Assembly (NCBI RefSeq): GCF_009914755.1
Contig: NC_060930.1
Direction: 5' to 3' (one strand)
DNA: 64,000 bases
Source of the DNA: the human T2T-CHM13v2.0 reference genome, Homo sapiens
Every line of letters starts with the position of its first letter. Within the stretch, counting starts at the first letter, position 1. Positions 1 through 13,667 of the stretch are shown in pieces. Below the pieces are notes generated by a model that saw only the letters and a list, made by a program, of their open reading frames with translations, made no database searches and was not told the DNA's origin. Both the position numbers and the translations under genes were made by a program.

Positions 1-26
1 CACTCCTACCTTCCCTCCCTCGTGCT

Positions 27-81
27 TGTGGCCTCACTGTCCATTCTGTTCTGTGGCCTCACTGTCCATTCTGTTCTGTGG
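27..81. repeat. 25-bp tandem duplication
   Basis: tgtggcctcactgtccattctgttc x2 plus tgtgg. Confidence 0.95.
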
Positions 82-600
82 TTTCTGAACTGAGGTCTAA
101 TACTCTGTTTTTGTATTTCCCACATCCAGACCTCTCCAGGTGGCTCCCAACATGGCTTCTTAACACCCCTGTCCCTACCCTATTCACTTTTGTCCCCTCC
201 CCACTCCCCCTCCCACCTCCTGAGTGTAGACTTCAGAGTTTCAGCTATTCTTTTCATTGGCTGAGAAGGAGATAAAGAACTGGCCAAGAATGAGCCTTCC
301 TCTGGGCACTCCAGCAGCCCAGGTTGGTTCCTTCTGGGGCAAGCATTTCTGAGTATGAGGGGTGTGGGCATGGGAGTGAAGGCTTCGTGGGAGAGCACAG
401 TGGGGCCAGGCATGAGGACAAAGAGGTCCGAGGTGAGCTCGGGTTGGGACCACAGTGCCTAACCCAACACACTGGCCTGCTCCTTGCTCCCAGGAGGAAG
501 TTTTGAATGCTAGGTCCTCTTTCTGGAGTGTGTTAAGTACAAAGCATGCCACTTCCACACTTCAGCAATCTCTTCCTCCCCTCCATTTTCCTCTGTCCAG

Positions 601-1401
601 CCCCCTACACCTTCAGAGAGCCACCAGGTAAACTCTGTAAAGATTTGCTGATAAATCTCAGGGCTGATACAGCCAGCAGGCAGCTGGTCTCAGTCCAGCG
701 GCTGAACCTTACTCTATGGCTCATTCACACCGCAGAAAAGCCAGGGGCAAGCCAATGGGGGCCTCGGGAAGTGGGCGTGGGCCCTGTTGTTTACTCTCTC
801 GTGCTGCTCCTGGGTCTGGCCTTGGTCCACGCAGGGCCAGGATGGATGGCGCAAGGGAGATGGTGTAACAGCCTTTACTCCTTCGTTGGCCAAAGGGCTG
901 ACCCTGACCCAGTTCCAAGATGGTCACAGGGAGAGGCCACATGGAACTCCCTGGGTCCCTGGGATACCACCTGCAAGATGGGTGGAGGGAACGGAATCAC
1001 AGGTGCCCACGGAGGCCAAGAGCCCAGCTGCCCCAGGTGAACCTAGGTGTTAGCTGGTACTGCCAGGAGCTCTGGCTGGGCTTATATGTATGTATGGTGG
1101 AAACCACTGTGTTATGTGCTATCTTAGTAGCAACCTTCACTGACACTCTGCAAACAGAAGTAGCCTTTGCAAACTCTACCTGGCTTTGCAAACCGTTGAT
1201 GGGGCCTTCAAACGCAGTGGGGCAGGGTAAGGCAGGAGGAGCCCATTGGCTTGCTCCTGGCTTTTCTGTGGTGTGAATGAGCCATAGAGTAAGGATTCAG
1301 CAGCTGGACTGAGACCAGCCGCCTGCTGGCTGCATCAGCCCCGAGAGTTATCAGCAAATCTTTACAGAGTTTACCTGGTGGCTCTCTGAAGGTGTAGGGG
1401 G
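601..1401. repeat. Element with long inverted arms (601-765 and 1239-1401); possible non-autonomous DNA transposon or local inverted duplication
   Basis: ccccctacaccttcagagagccaccagg... is the reverse complement of ...cctggtggctctctgaaggtgtaggggg; outer 54 bp identical, about 94% overall. Confidence 0.9.
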
Positions 1402-1583
1402 CTCGCAGTCCAGCGTTCAATCCGTTCTTGCCACCAGCCCTGGACAAACTCACACGGGGAGAGGGTAGTTTCTCTCTGTGTAGGTTCCAGTCTCAGATGC
1501 TGCCTTTGTCTCTGGGCATACTCAGAATTAGGTTTGGTTATGAATGACAGAAAAACCCAAATAATGGTATTTTACATAAGATG

Positions 1584-1589
1584 TTTATT
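1584..1589 (-). terminator. KCNK17: KCNK17 polyadenylation signal AATAAA
   Basis: tttatt on + strand about 400 bp past the stop codon. Confidence 0.8.
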
Positions 1590-1990
1590 TCTCTCTCACA
1601 TAAAGGAGGTCGGGTGATATTCCGTTTGTTAGGATGGCTCTGTGATCATCAGAGATCCAGACTCTTCCTATCTTATTGTGCCGCTCAAACATTGCCGCTA
1701 CTTCATGGTGCCGTATGGCTGCCAGAGCTCCCAGCCATCATATCGGCGGCATTGCAGCCCGCTAAAGTAAGGAAGTGGGGGAGAAGGGCATGCTGCCCCG
1801 ACACCCGAAAGTCACATCCCATGTCACCCAGGACATGTCTCTGTATACCCTATTGGGCAGAATTAATCATATAGCTGCACCCAGCCTCTAGGGTGGATGG
1901 AAAATGTAGTCTTTAGTTTGGGTGGACATGTGCAAAGCTTAAAATCAGGGGTCTTGCTACCGAGGACGACGACCAAAGAATGGAGTATAA

Positions 1991-2301
1991 CTAGCTGTCC
2001 TTGCCACAGCCTGCAGCGTGAGCAGAAGGTTCCAGATGCTGTATGATTCCCATGGGTCCCTCTGGATAGCATCCTTGCTGTGGGGAGTGGGACTCTGGCT
2101 CCCGGTCAGGTCCCTGTCTCCAGCTTTGGGACTTGAAGTCTTCCTTAGAGCTGTGGTGGCAGCAGGAACATACCCTCCCTGGCGTCTCCAGCTGGGAGAG
2201 GATGAGTTTGATGATCAAGGCCAGCCATGCCATCCCAAAGAGGATCCACAGGGACACCATGTTCTTGTACCACAGTGGGTACCTCTGGGAGGGGTTCATT
2301 C
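1991..2301 (-). CDS. KCNK17: KCNK17 coding exon 5, 311 bp: TM4 and C-terminus with TAG stop
   Basis: ccccag|GA ATG AAC; GMNPSQRYPLWYKNMVSLWILFGMAWLALIIKLIL...AAGCGKDS*; joined CDS is 996 bp = 331 aa. Confidence 0.97.
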
Positions 2302-2544
2302 CTGGGGAAGAGGCAAGGTCAGACGATGGAGGCCTGGGAAAGTCAGGACCACATTCCCCAAACAGAAACAGAGATACATGGTTTGATTCATATAAGCAAG
2401 TTGAGGTGCCAATGGGACAGAACATGGAGACTCCTAGCCTCATGGTCACCTCCGAAGGATTCCAGAAAGCCTCCCTGGATTGGCACTTGGGTTTAGGAGC
2501 TACATTTCCTCTTTGTCTTTCTGAGGGAATCTGTTTATGCTCCA

Positions 2545-3050
<506 letters not shown>

Positions 3051-4843
3051 CTGTTTGGTTTTCTCGTATCTGAAATGAGGCAGCTTGCTGGAGCCAGGGG
3101 ATTTGGGATGAACAATGGAACCATAAGAATATGTATCCTGACTCGGTTCTTCAGCCACCTGTCTGAACCTCCTTCACCTGTGAGATGGGGAATACGACTG
3201 CGCCCCCTTGGCTTTTAGGATGAAGTCCAAATCCTCAAGGCCCTCTGCCCGCTTCTGCAGCACACCTCTCCCCTCTGACTGCCTGGTCATTCTGGTCTTT
3301 TTCCCGTTTCCCCATCTATCATTCTTTCTGCCTCTGGGCTTTTGTACTTATGGCCTCTCGGCTCCAAATGCTCTTCATTTTCCATTTTTCTTGGCCTGGT
3401 TACCTTCCCTCATCCTGCAGACCTCAGTTCAGACATCACTCCCTACAGACCACGTTGGGTTCCTCTGTTACACGTGCTGCTTTCATGGCCTATGTGTGTC
3501 TGCTGGGAAAGTTACTTCCTCATCTGTAAAATGGAGACAGTAAGAGTCCTCCTCCTATGACTGTTGGGAGGATCACATGGGCTGATGCAGCTCAAGTGCT
3601 CAGAATGGTGCCTGGTACATAACAGGTGCCCAAGATCTATAGGTGGTTGCTTGTTTCACTCACCATCGGACACCCCCAACGAAGTTGGTGCTGGGTAAGT
3701 ATAGCTGAGGGAGGGGACTGATGGGAGCTGCTGTGAGTCTTAGATAAATCTTGCCAAGGATTTGCCCTATCATTTAGTACCCTCCCTGGAGGTCTGTGCT
3801 GCCTCCCTCATCAGATTGGAATCATTCAAAGGGTAGAGCTCTCCCCTCCTATTCCTTCGTCATCCTTTTCTGTCTTTGCTCCCTGTACCATGCCTCTGTC
3901 TACTCCTCATCCTGTCCTGCTGGCCCCAAGACAGCCTCTCTCTCCAGGTCCCCCAAGGCTGGGCCCCTCTCTAGGACCCCCACATGGGGATGAGGCTGCC
4001 ACCTGGGAGCTGACCTGTGCTGCCTGGCAGGAGCTGGGATTGGATTAGGCTGATTGGGTTATGGGGCTATGATTCCGCTGATGGTCCTAAATGAGATCAG
4101 GCACTGAGCCGGCTCTCTGGCCCTGCCACCCGCCAGCTTGGCTTGCTCCTGGTGACAGAGGGGAGGAGGCGCTCTTCTCCGTTTTTATTTCATTTTTTTA
4201 AGCTGAAATCATAAGTGGCAGGAGACCTGGCAGCTGGCAAGGCGCTCAACTGAGCTGCAAATGCAATTGGGAGGCGCCAGGCTATGGGGCTGGGGAGGAG
4301 TAGCCGGATGGGACCTGGGGGCGGCTCTGGCCACAGCCTTCAGGCAGAGGAGTGGCTGTGAAGACAGCGCCTCTTGTGGCTGCTGATGCAGGGATGTGAA
4401 CACCCAGTAGCCAACTGGTGGACCTCAGTATCCCCATCCAAGAAAGGGGTTGTCCCTGTTACTGGAGGACAAGGAGACCTGAGAGGTTTGAGGAATAGGC
4501 ATGGAAGACTCTGAAACATGGGTGGTGTGAAGGGCCCAGGCTTGGGAGTTTATCCTAGATTTGCCCTGACTTACTTGCTCTATGACCTTATGCAACTCCC
4601 TTCCCTCCTCCAGGCCTCAGTGTCTCCATCTGTATAAGGAAGATCCCCTGCAGGTGAAGCAGTTGGGGCTCTTATTGTGGTGACCTGCTACGAGGCACTG
4701 CCATGACTGCAGAGGGGCCCAGGAGGTAGCAAGTCTCCATAGATGTGGTGAAGGGAGAAGCTCTGCCAACTGCAGTGGCCGCTGGGCAGGAGTGTTCTTG
4801 CCCATCCTTGCCCCAGGCCTGGGCAGTCCCTCTGGGCTTAAAG

Positions 4844-4956
4844 TTTGGACTAGATCTCCTCAGTCAGATTGTATTGGTAGGAGGGGGGTTACAGAATTTG
4901 GACTAGATCTCCTCAGTCAGATTGTATTGGTAGGAGGGGGGTTACAGATTTTGGAC
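4844..4956. repeat. 53-bp tandem duplication in KCNK17 intron 4
   Basis: tttggactagatctcctcagtcagattgtattggtaggaggggggttacaga(a/t) x2 plus tttggac. Confidence 0.95.
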
Positions 4957-6520
4957 TTTATCCTAAAACTATGGGAAAACAATGAAGTTCTTCAGAGGAG
5001 CTGGGCAGGTGACATCATAGCCTTTGTAATTTTTAAAGGTCATAAGAGCCAACAGGGGACAAGGAGAGAAGCTGCACAAGTCCCTGGGTGCCATCCTTAT
5101 TATGCTCTGTGTAAGTAGCAAAACTATAGGATTGTGCAGTGCCCAACCTGTGCAGCTATATGCAACAACCCTGCCTGAACTAGGGAAATGGCAGTGGAAA
5201 TAGAGAAGAAATGACAGATCTAAGAATCATACTCTGAGCTGCGAGGGTGCAGGTATGGCCCTTGGAGCTACTGGGCTCAGCTGTCCTGGGACATATCTCT
5301 CTACTCTGAGGGTAAAGGTGGGAACATGACCCAGTTGGAAGAAATCTTCCCAAGAATTTCCTTCCAGAGCAACAGACCTCCCAGGATGAGGGAGATCCAG
5401 AAGGGGGCAGTGTGAGGCCCCAACACCTGACCCCTCTTCCTGGGGACCTTGCAAACAGAGGCTAGAAGGCACTGAGGGGCTCTAGGGATTGCCTCATTTT
5501 ATAGGCAGGAACACTGAGGCCCAGAGAGGAGACATTTTAGGTGGCCTGGAAACAGTATGAATTTTGGAGTCAAATAGATCAGGATTCACATCTTACTAGC
5601 TGTGCAGTCTCAGGCAGATGGCTCAGCCTCTCTGAGCTTCAGCTTCCTCCTCAGTAAAATGGGGGTGACAATTGTTGCTGTAGGTTGCCTGAGGAGTTAG
5701 CTGAAACTAACTTCATTCTTCCAGGCTGGGTTCTGTCGCTGAAGAAGTGAAGAAGGGCAAGGCCTCCTCCCCACATTAGGGTCTGGGATCAGAGGGAGTG
5801 CATGAAGCCGCTTGAGGCTGGCGCGGTAGTGGTGCCAGCGGCACCTTCAGGGACAGGAAGGGGCGGTGATGAGGCTGAGCTGGGGCGCAGCCACTCCGCC
5901 ACGGCACAGAATGTCCCTCCACTGCCACCTGCTGGGCATCGGACTCAGCCTGATTATGCAAGGCTGGTGGCTTCTAGGGCCCTTGTCTTGCCTAGGTTGG
6001 GTTGTGCCACTGATTAAACCCACCCTGGGTCCACTGACCATGAGGCCCTTTCTTGCTGGCACTCAGAATCTGCCTGCCAACTGTTTTCCCACAGGGCTCT
6101 GGGGAGGCTGGGGTTCCAGGAGTCTCCCGGACCCTACTGTCTGATCCCCGGGTACTGTGATCTCCAGCCCCAGAGAAGTGGGACAGATTGGCCTTCCATA
6201 GGGAGAGAGTGAAGTGGGGAAGGGAGACCCTGGGGCAAGCATGGACCCCGGAGGGAGGCGGGGACTCCCGTCATGTGGAGAGCTCTAAGCACAATAGGTG
6301 GGCCCGCGGACGTGTTGGACCTCTCCGCGTTGGTCAAGAAGGGCCAGAGTGACCTCAGACCCGTCACACAACAAAAGCGGGTAGGACAGTGTCTCCGGAT
6401 TTTGGGCCCAAAAGCCCCCACATGGCGTGCACACAGCAGGTGCGCCAGCTGCGGGAGCAGATGAGTGAGAGGTATAGGCAGCCGAATGTCCCCGCCAGCC
6501 CAACCGCCAGGAACTCTCAC

Positions 6521-6695
6521 CAATCACGTAGTCGCCGAAGCCCACGGTGCTGAGGGTGATGAAGGCGAAGTAGAAGCCCTCTGTGTAGCTCCAGCCCTCC
6601 ATGTGGGAGAAGAGCAGCGGTGGCAGCAGCAGGAAGAGCAGGAGGCCCGAGAGGAGGGCGCCAGAGCCCGCCAGCCACCGCGCCTTGTCAGGATC
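6521..6695 (-). CDS. KCNK17: KCNK17 coding exon 4, 175 bp: TM3 and pore 2 (GFG)
   Basis: cacag|GAT CCT; DPDKARWLAG...[26 protein letters not shown]; donor GTGAGA (phase 1). Confidence 0.97.
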
Positions 6696-7058
6696 CTGTG
6701 GGTGCAACATTGTCCCCAGGCCTCCTGAGGCCTTCACCCCATGCGTGGGAGCCGAGGGAGCTGGAGGCAGGCCAGAGCTGTCCCCAGTAAGAAGGGGGCT
6801 CTTCACCTGGTCTGTGTTCTCCAGGTTCCCTGCCTGGAGCCTGTGCCTCATGTCCTTCCTGTCTGCCCAGTCCCACCCCATCTCCACCATTAATGCCCTT
6901 TTTCACTAAGGACCCTATTCTGAGCAGTGACCCCCAATCCCAACACAACCTCACCAGTAACACTTGCTCCCACCTCTTGTCATTAGTAACCCCAATTCCC
7001 ACCACAGCCCCTCATTCTAGAAGTGACCCATCCCCACCCCGTCCAGCAGCCCCCTCAC

Positions 7059-7219
7059 CTGCCAGGTGCCCCCCAGCCTGCTGGCCCAGTGGTTTACTCC
7101 CTGCTGCATGAGATGCCCCAGTCGGTTGAGCACCACGAGGTTGAGTGGGATCCCCACAAGGGCAAAGAAGATGCAGAAGAGGCGGGCAGCCATCGTGTTG
7201 GGGCTCAGGTTGCCATAGC
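7059..7219 (-). CDS. KCNK17: KCNK17 coding exon 3, 161 bp: GYG filter and TM2
   Basis: cctcag|GC TAT GGC; GYGNLSPNTMAARLFCIFFALVGIPLNLVVLNRLG...GGTWQ; donor GTGAGG (phase 0). Confidence 0.97.
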
Positions 7220-8584
7220 CTGAGGTGAGAGGGGGCACTCAGGGGACATTTCCAGCCCAGCCCTGTCCACTCACCACCACAGCCCCACTCCTGGGCCCAA
7301 CCCCCAGGGCCCTCATTCTAACCCACTGTAGATGTGGGCAGCTGATACTTACCAAGGCCCTCCTTTTCTGTGCTGGGCACTGTGCAGGGCACCCTGTACA
7401 TTCATTCCCTCAGTTCACCCTCGAAACCACCCTTCCAAATCAGAATTATGTGCCATATTTTACAGGCTGGAGAAGCTCTAGGAGGCTAAGCTGCATGCAT
7501 GAGCTCAAACCCACCAAATGTGAGTCTCCTCTTCCTCTCTTCATGTCCTCCCTCTCTGGATGGGCAGATGGATGCTGGAGGGGGCAGAGCCTCCAGCTGT
7601 TGCACTCTTAGGATCTACTGCACCATTCAGGCTGAGGCCATGCTGTCTCCACACTGCTCCCAGCCATGCTTGGGCACAGTGGGGCACTGAAGCTGGCCAT
7701 CCCTGCCCAGTGTGGCACTCCTCTTTCAACCTTTGCTCTGGGATCCCCATGGCCTGGCCCAGACTTTCTGACAGCTGCAATGCAGAGAGCAGCTCTTCCC
7801 ACACCAGTCTCCTTCCTTCCCTCTCTCCTTTCATAGGTATCAGGCCTGCTTGCAGTCTGAGGCTTTTGACATTAATTCCTGCTCCTTCTCTTTTATCCTT
7901 CAAAGGCTCCCCTCAATATATCTCTTGCGCATCTAATTCTGTCTTGATATCTGATTCCTGGAGGACCCAAACTAGCACAACGGGGCTCCCTCATAAAGCT
8001 CAGTGGGAGGGAGGGACAGACAGTAAGTCATCAGCTGCCTAGGGGAGGAGGTAGAAGTTGGGGGGGTGGTCTCTGATCCTCAAGATAGGGAGAGGGGAAG
8101 CTAGGGGAGGAAAAGATGTTCATAAAAGATTCTATCCATCTGGACATTCTTTTCTCCTCCAGCTCTGCCTCCACCCTTCTTGATCACCACCACTGTCTTG
8201 TCTTATTAAAATGCAAAACTGATTAGATCATCATTGAGGTTATAACCCTTCTTCAGTCTCCTGTCTGCTGGGGAAAGTCCAAGCTCTTGCCCAGCCTTTC
8301 TCTGAGACTCGTCTGGTGCCCCCGCTTCCCCAGCTCTAGCCACATTGCTGGCCTGCAGAACTCTCCAGGTCCACTCGTGCCTCTGCACCTTTGACCACAA
8401 TGCTTCCTCTATGAAGAGAGTCTCTCCTCTTTACCCACATAAATATAAATGACCCTTCCAGTCCTCGACTCTCCAGTGCAGCTGCTCCTCATCCAGGGCC
8501 CCCTCCAGCACTCTCCCTTGCACTGTGTGAGAAAGATTTGTTTCCATGTCTGCCTCTTCCAAGTATATCAAGTATATGCTCTGA

Positions 8585-8961
<377 letters not shown>

Positions 8962-9317
8962 TAATAGGTGCTCTTCACTACATATGTGTTGAATGCATAA
9001 AGAATGAGTGAATGAATGAATGAGGAAATACAAAAGTGAATGTGTAAGTAAATGAACAAATGCCTCTCATTTTGCCTCCTAGCACTGCCTAACATTCTTG
9101 CTTGCCCAGATGGGGTCACTGTGCCCACACACCCTAAACTCGTCTGTACTATATTGAAACCAATGTTTACATCCACCCCCACCTTACTGAGGGGTCCCAA
9201 GAGAGGTCAAACTATGTACAAGTACAGAGCATGTGCTTTGGAGTCTGCTGCACCTCCTAGGTTTGGATCCCAGCTCAGCTCCTTGCAGGCTGTGGGACCT
9301 TGGGCAAGTGGCTCGAT

Positions 9318-9625
9318 CTTTCTTTCTTTGTTTTTTTTTTTTTTTTTGTGACAGAGTCTTGCTCTGTGGCCAGGCTGGAGTGCAGTGGCGCGATCTCGGC
9401 TCATTGCAACCTCTGACTCCCTGGTTTCAGCGATTATCCTGCCTCAGCCTCCCGAGTAGCTGGGATTACAGACACATGCCACCACACCCAGCTAATTTTG
9501 CATTTTTAGTAAAGATGGGGTTTCACCATGTTGGCCAGGATGGTCTCAATCTCCTGACCTTGTGATCTGCCTGCCTTGGCCTCCCAAAGTGCTGGGATTA
9601 CAGGTGTGAGCCACCGTGCCCAGCT
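9318..9625 (-). mobile_element. Alu
   Basis: Alu consensus inserted within a MIR. Confidence 0.95.
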
Positions 9626-10807
9626 TGCTTGCTTCCTTCCTTCCTTCCTTCTGTCCTTCCTCTCTCTCTCTTTCTTTTGGCTTGACCTTTCTGAATGCTG
9701 CTTCCTCCTGTAAAATGGGGATGCTGACATCCACCTACAGTGGGGGGTAATGATGAAATGAGGAATGGAGGTACACTGTAGAAGGGAATGTGAGCTTGCA
9801 AGCATCTGGTATATACAAGGTGCTAAATGTTTGTTGAATAAATGAATGATAGAACTCCAGTGAACTGGCTTCTGGTCTGAGGACTTCAGAAGCCTCTTGA
9901 GTCCCCATCTACCTCCCCCTCTGGCCTTTATGGGTTTCCTCTTCCAAAGGAGAGTTCTCCTTTCTGTAGGCATCTAGGGCGAGGTAAACCTCTTACTTTC
10001 CACCCACCTCTCTGCCTGCCTCCTCACCAACCCCTCCTCCTCCAGCTGTAGGTCCTGCCAAGTTCCATCATCTGGTACTGGTTTTTCTTCCCCATTCAGT
10101 TTTCACCAGCGGGATGGGGACACTAAGATTCCAGCTCTGAGAGGAGCCCCATGGAGGCCTGCAGCGTTCTCAGGCTGACATTAAATGGGTTTTTTTCCTC
10201 CCCACTATTCTCAGCCATCCCTCAGGTCAGCAAAAGGATGTCACCTACCTGTTGAACGCTGGGTAGCCACAGCCCCACCCAAGCCACCTTTCACTTCAGC
10301 ATGTCTCCTCACTGCCACTTTGCATCTTGTTGGGATCTCTGGGCATCCTGCAAGAACCCTACAAGTCTATCTGTGATTGGTCTTCTCTGTACTTTCTCTG
10401 AATGCAGCTCCTGTTTCCAACCCTCTCCACCTACCTGGACCTCCTTACTGCTCCCCAAACACACAAGTCACATTCCCATCTCAGGGCCTTTGCACTTGCT
10501 GGCAGAGGATTCTCTCCTCAGATATCATCAGTTTGCTCCATTATTTTACTCATGTCTCTGCTTCAATGTTACTGTATCAGCTTCAATGTTACTGAATGGA
10601 CACCCCACCTACAATAGGTGCCCCCATCACTATGAGACCCCTTTAACTAGCTTTACTTTTCTCTAAGCACACCCCACTACCTGATTATTGTCCATGTATC
10701 TGTTTAGTGTGTGTCCCCTCACACTAGAATGTCAGCTCCCCAAGGGCTGGGACTTGCTAATTTTGATTACCATTGTATCCTCAGCACCAGTGTCTGGCCC
10801 ACACTAG

Positions 10808-11188
<381 letters not shown>

Positions 11189-11522
11189 TGAAAGAACCAA
11201 TGAGCAAGCCAGGAATGGAGTTCATAGATGAGTGATTTCTGGGCTCAGGCCTGTCCTACTGGCCCAGAGGTATTTGTGTTAGGGCTTGGAAAGTACTGCC
11301 CTTGCAGGGTGCTGGTCCCAGGGTAATGGGTTTGCCGAAGAGGCTGCCCTCTGCTGAGCCTCTCAGAATATCCCTTCTTCCCTTGTGGCATTCCAGATGT
11401 ACCTCATCTTCCATCTCCCTCTCCTTCTCTCTCCAAATACCTCCCATGTGTAAGTGCATACAGGTGTGGTCAGCATCACAGAACCCTCACTCCCCTCCTG
11501 TTCACTCCACAATGGCTAGTCA

Positions 11523-11959
<437 letters not shown>

Positions 11960-12678
11960 TCAAAGTGCCCAGCACAGTGCCTAGTACAAGAAGACCTCGG
12001 GTGTTTCCTCAGGTGTACTGTGTGTGTGGGGTGGGGCAGGGCCCTCCTCTCTTTGCCCTCCTCACCCTCAAGCTGGTTGAAACTGAGTGGAGAGGAAAGG
12101 ACAGAGGCATAATCCAAGCTAGGGGTGGTAGAGCTGGGAAGAGAGGTAGCAAAACTCTGAATTTGGTGGGCCAAAGTCACAGGCCCTGAGAAGAGTGTGG
12201 GAGGTGTGGGGTTTGCAGACTAAAGGACCCCCAAATCTGGGAGGCCTGGCCTACAGTGACTGTGTTTTAAGATCTCCTGCTACCCTGGAACTCAATACAT
12301 GCCTGGTGAATGCATATTTAATGGAATTCCTTAACGTGGCAGTATTTATTGAGTGGCTGCTGTATGCTGGGCCTTGTAATAGACCCTTGGGGATGTAAAG
12401 ATGAATCGGCCCATCCTGCCAGTCCTTCAGGGGCTCAGGGCCGCTGGAGTCTGAGATGCCTCCCAAGCATGCTTGTCTCAAGGATTGCCCAAGCTCCCAT
12501 GTAGCTCTGAGGTCTGCTTTCAAGAAGTTCTGGCCAATTTAAAACTAGATGGAGAATCCTCTGGGTGCTCTTGCCTTACCCAACCCTGTGGGGAGGCTGG
12601 GATACTGGTGTCCTGGAGAGAGGATCCTGGCTGGCCAGGAACTGGGAGGCGGTAGCCCAAGTCACCAGTGATATCAGC

Positions 12679-12694
12679 CTGCCACCTGGTGGCA
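12679..12694 (-). promoter_or_regulatory. CTCF-like motif in KCNK17 intron 2
   Basis: TGCCACCAGGTGGCAG on - strand matches the CTCF core CCASYAGRKGGCRS; motif match only. Confidence 0.45.
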
Positions 12695-13456
12695 AGTCCT
12701 GTGTCATGCAGGAGTTGGGGCAGAAGGATCTGGGTGGCTCGACTTGCATGATTTCCTGGGTTTCAGAACTGCAGGGATCTAGCCTGCTCTTCTTTGCACA
12801 GCAGCCCCTCAGCACCCTCCTGAGACAAGCTCTACCTCAGCTCTTCCGCAGAGGAGGGTTAGTCCAGGTGTCCCTGTGTGTGGGGAGGATGGCGATGAGG
12901 AGTGGAGGGGGCTGTTTGCAAGCTGAAGAGAGGACTGTGGGAATGGGGTCTGGAGACAAGGACATGGGAGGAATGGCCACCTCCCCCAGGGCTGAGAAAC
13001 GGGGGGTCTAAAGCTCTTTCTTTGGATTTCTACTTCTTCTTCCTTCCTAACTTTCCCTCCACTTCTCCCGACCACCACTCCCGGGGCTCAGTGTTGGGTG
13101 GGCTCAGCTGAGGAGACTGGCATCCTTGTAGTGCCCAGAGACATGTTTCTTGCTGTACTGGGAGACCTCTGCTTCCTGAAAGGCCATGTGGGGCAGAAGT
13201 CCCCTAGAGCAGTGCTTGTCAAACTCGAACAGTGCACATGAATCCCCTGGGGACCTGGGTGAGATGCTGAGGCTGAGTCAGCAGGTCTGTAGTGAGGCCC
13301 GAGACTGCTCCCAGGCGGTGTCCATGCTGCAGAGCTGAACTGCACTTGGAGTCATGAGACTCCAGGTAATCCCTCCAAAAGGCAACTAGCCTGTTGCCTC
13401 TCAGGGAGCTGCCTCCTTCCCCCACCCCCATCCCCCTGGCCCCATCTGGCCCTTAC

Positions 13457-13568
13457 CAATGGTGGTGATGGTGGACACAGAAAAGAAGGAGCCCACGAGC
13501 TCCCAGCGCCCCATGCTGGTGGTGTTGCTGAGGAGGCTGGCTCCGTTTTTGTATGCTTGGACGACATC
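13457..13568 (-). CDS. KCNK17: KCNK17 coding exon 2, 112 bp: pore helix 1 up to the TTIG filter
   Basis: ccccag|GAT GTC; DVVQAYKNGASLLSNTTSMGRWELVGSFFSVSTITTIG; donor GTAAGG (phase 1). Confidence 0.96.
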
Positions 13569-13632
13569 CTGGGGAAGAGGCTGCAATGACCACCAGGCTC
13601 TGTGGGGTGATGGATTTCCTGTACCCCAAGAT

Positions 13633-13633
<1 letters not shown>

Positions 13634-13662
<29 letters not shown>
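13634..13662. repeat. (CA)n microsatellite near the KCNK17 exon 2 acceptor
   Basis: About 14 CA units. Confidence 0.95.

Positions 13663-13667
<5 letters not shown>

Noticed and set aside
13540-13546. Known KCNK17 G88R gain-of-function variant
   Set aside because: The codon reads GGA (Gly) in YKNGAS, so it is not the variant.
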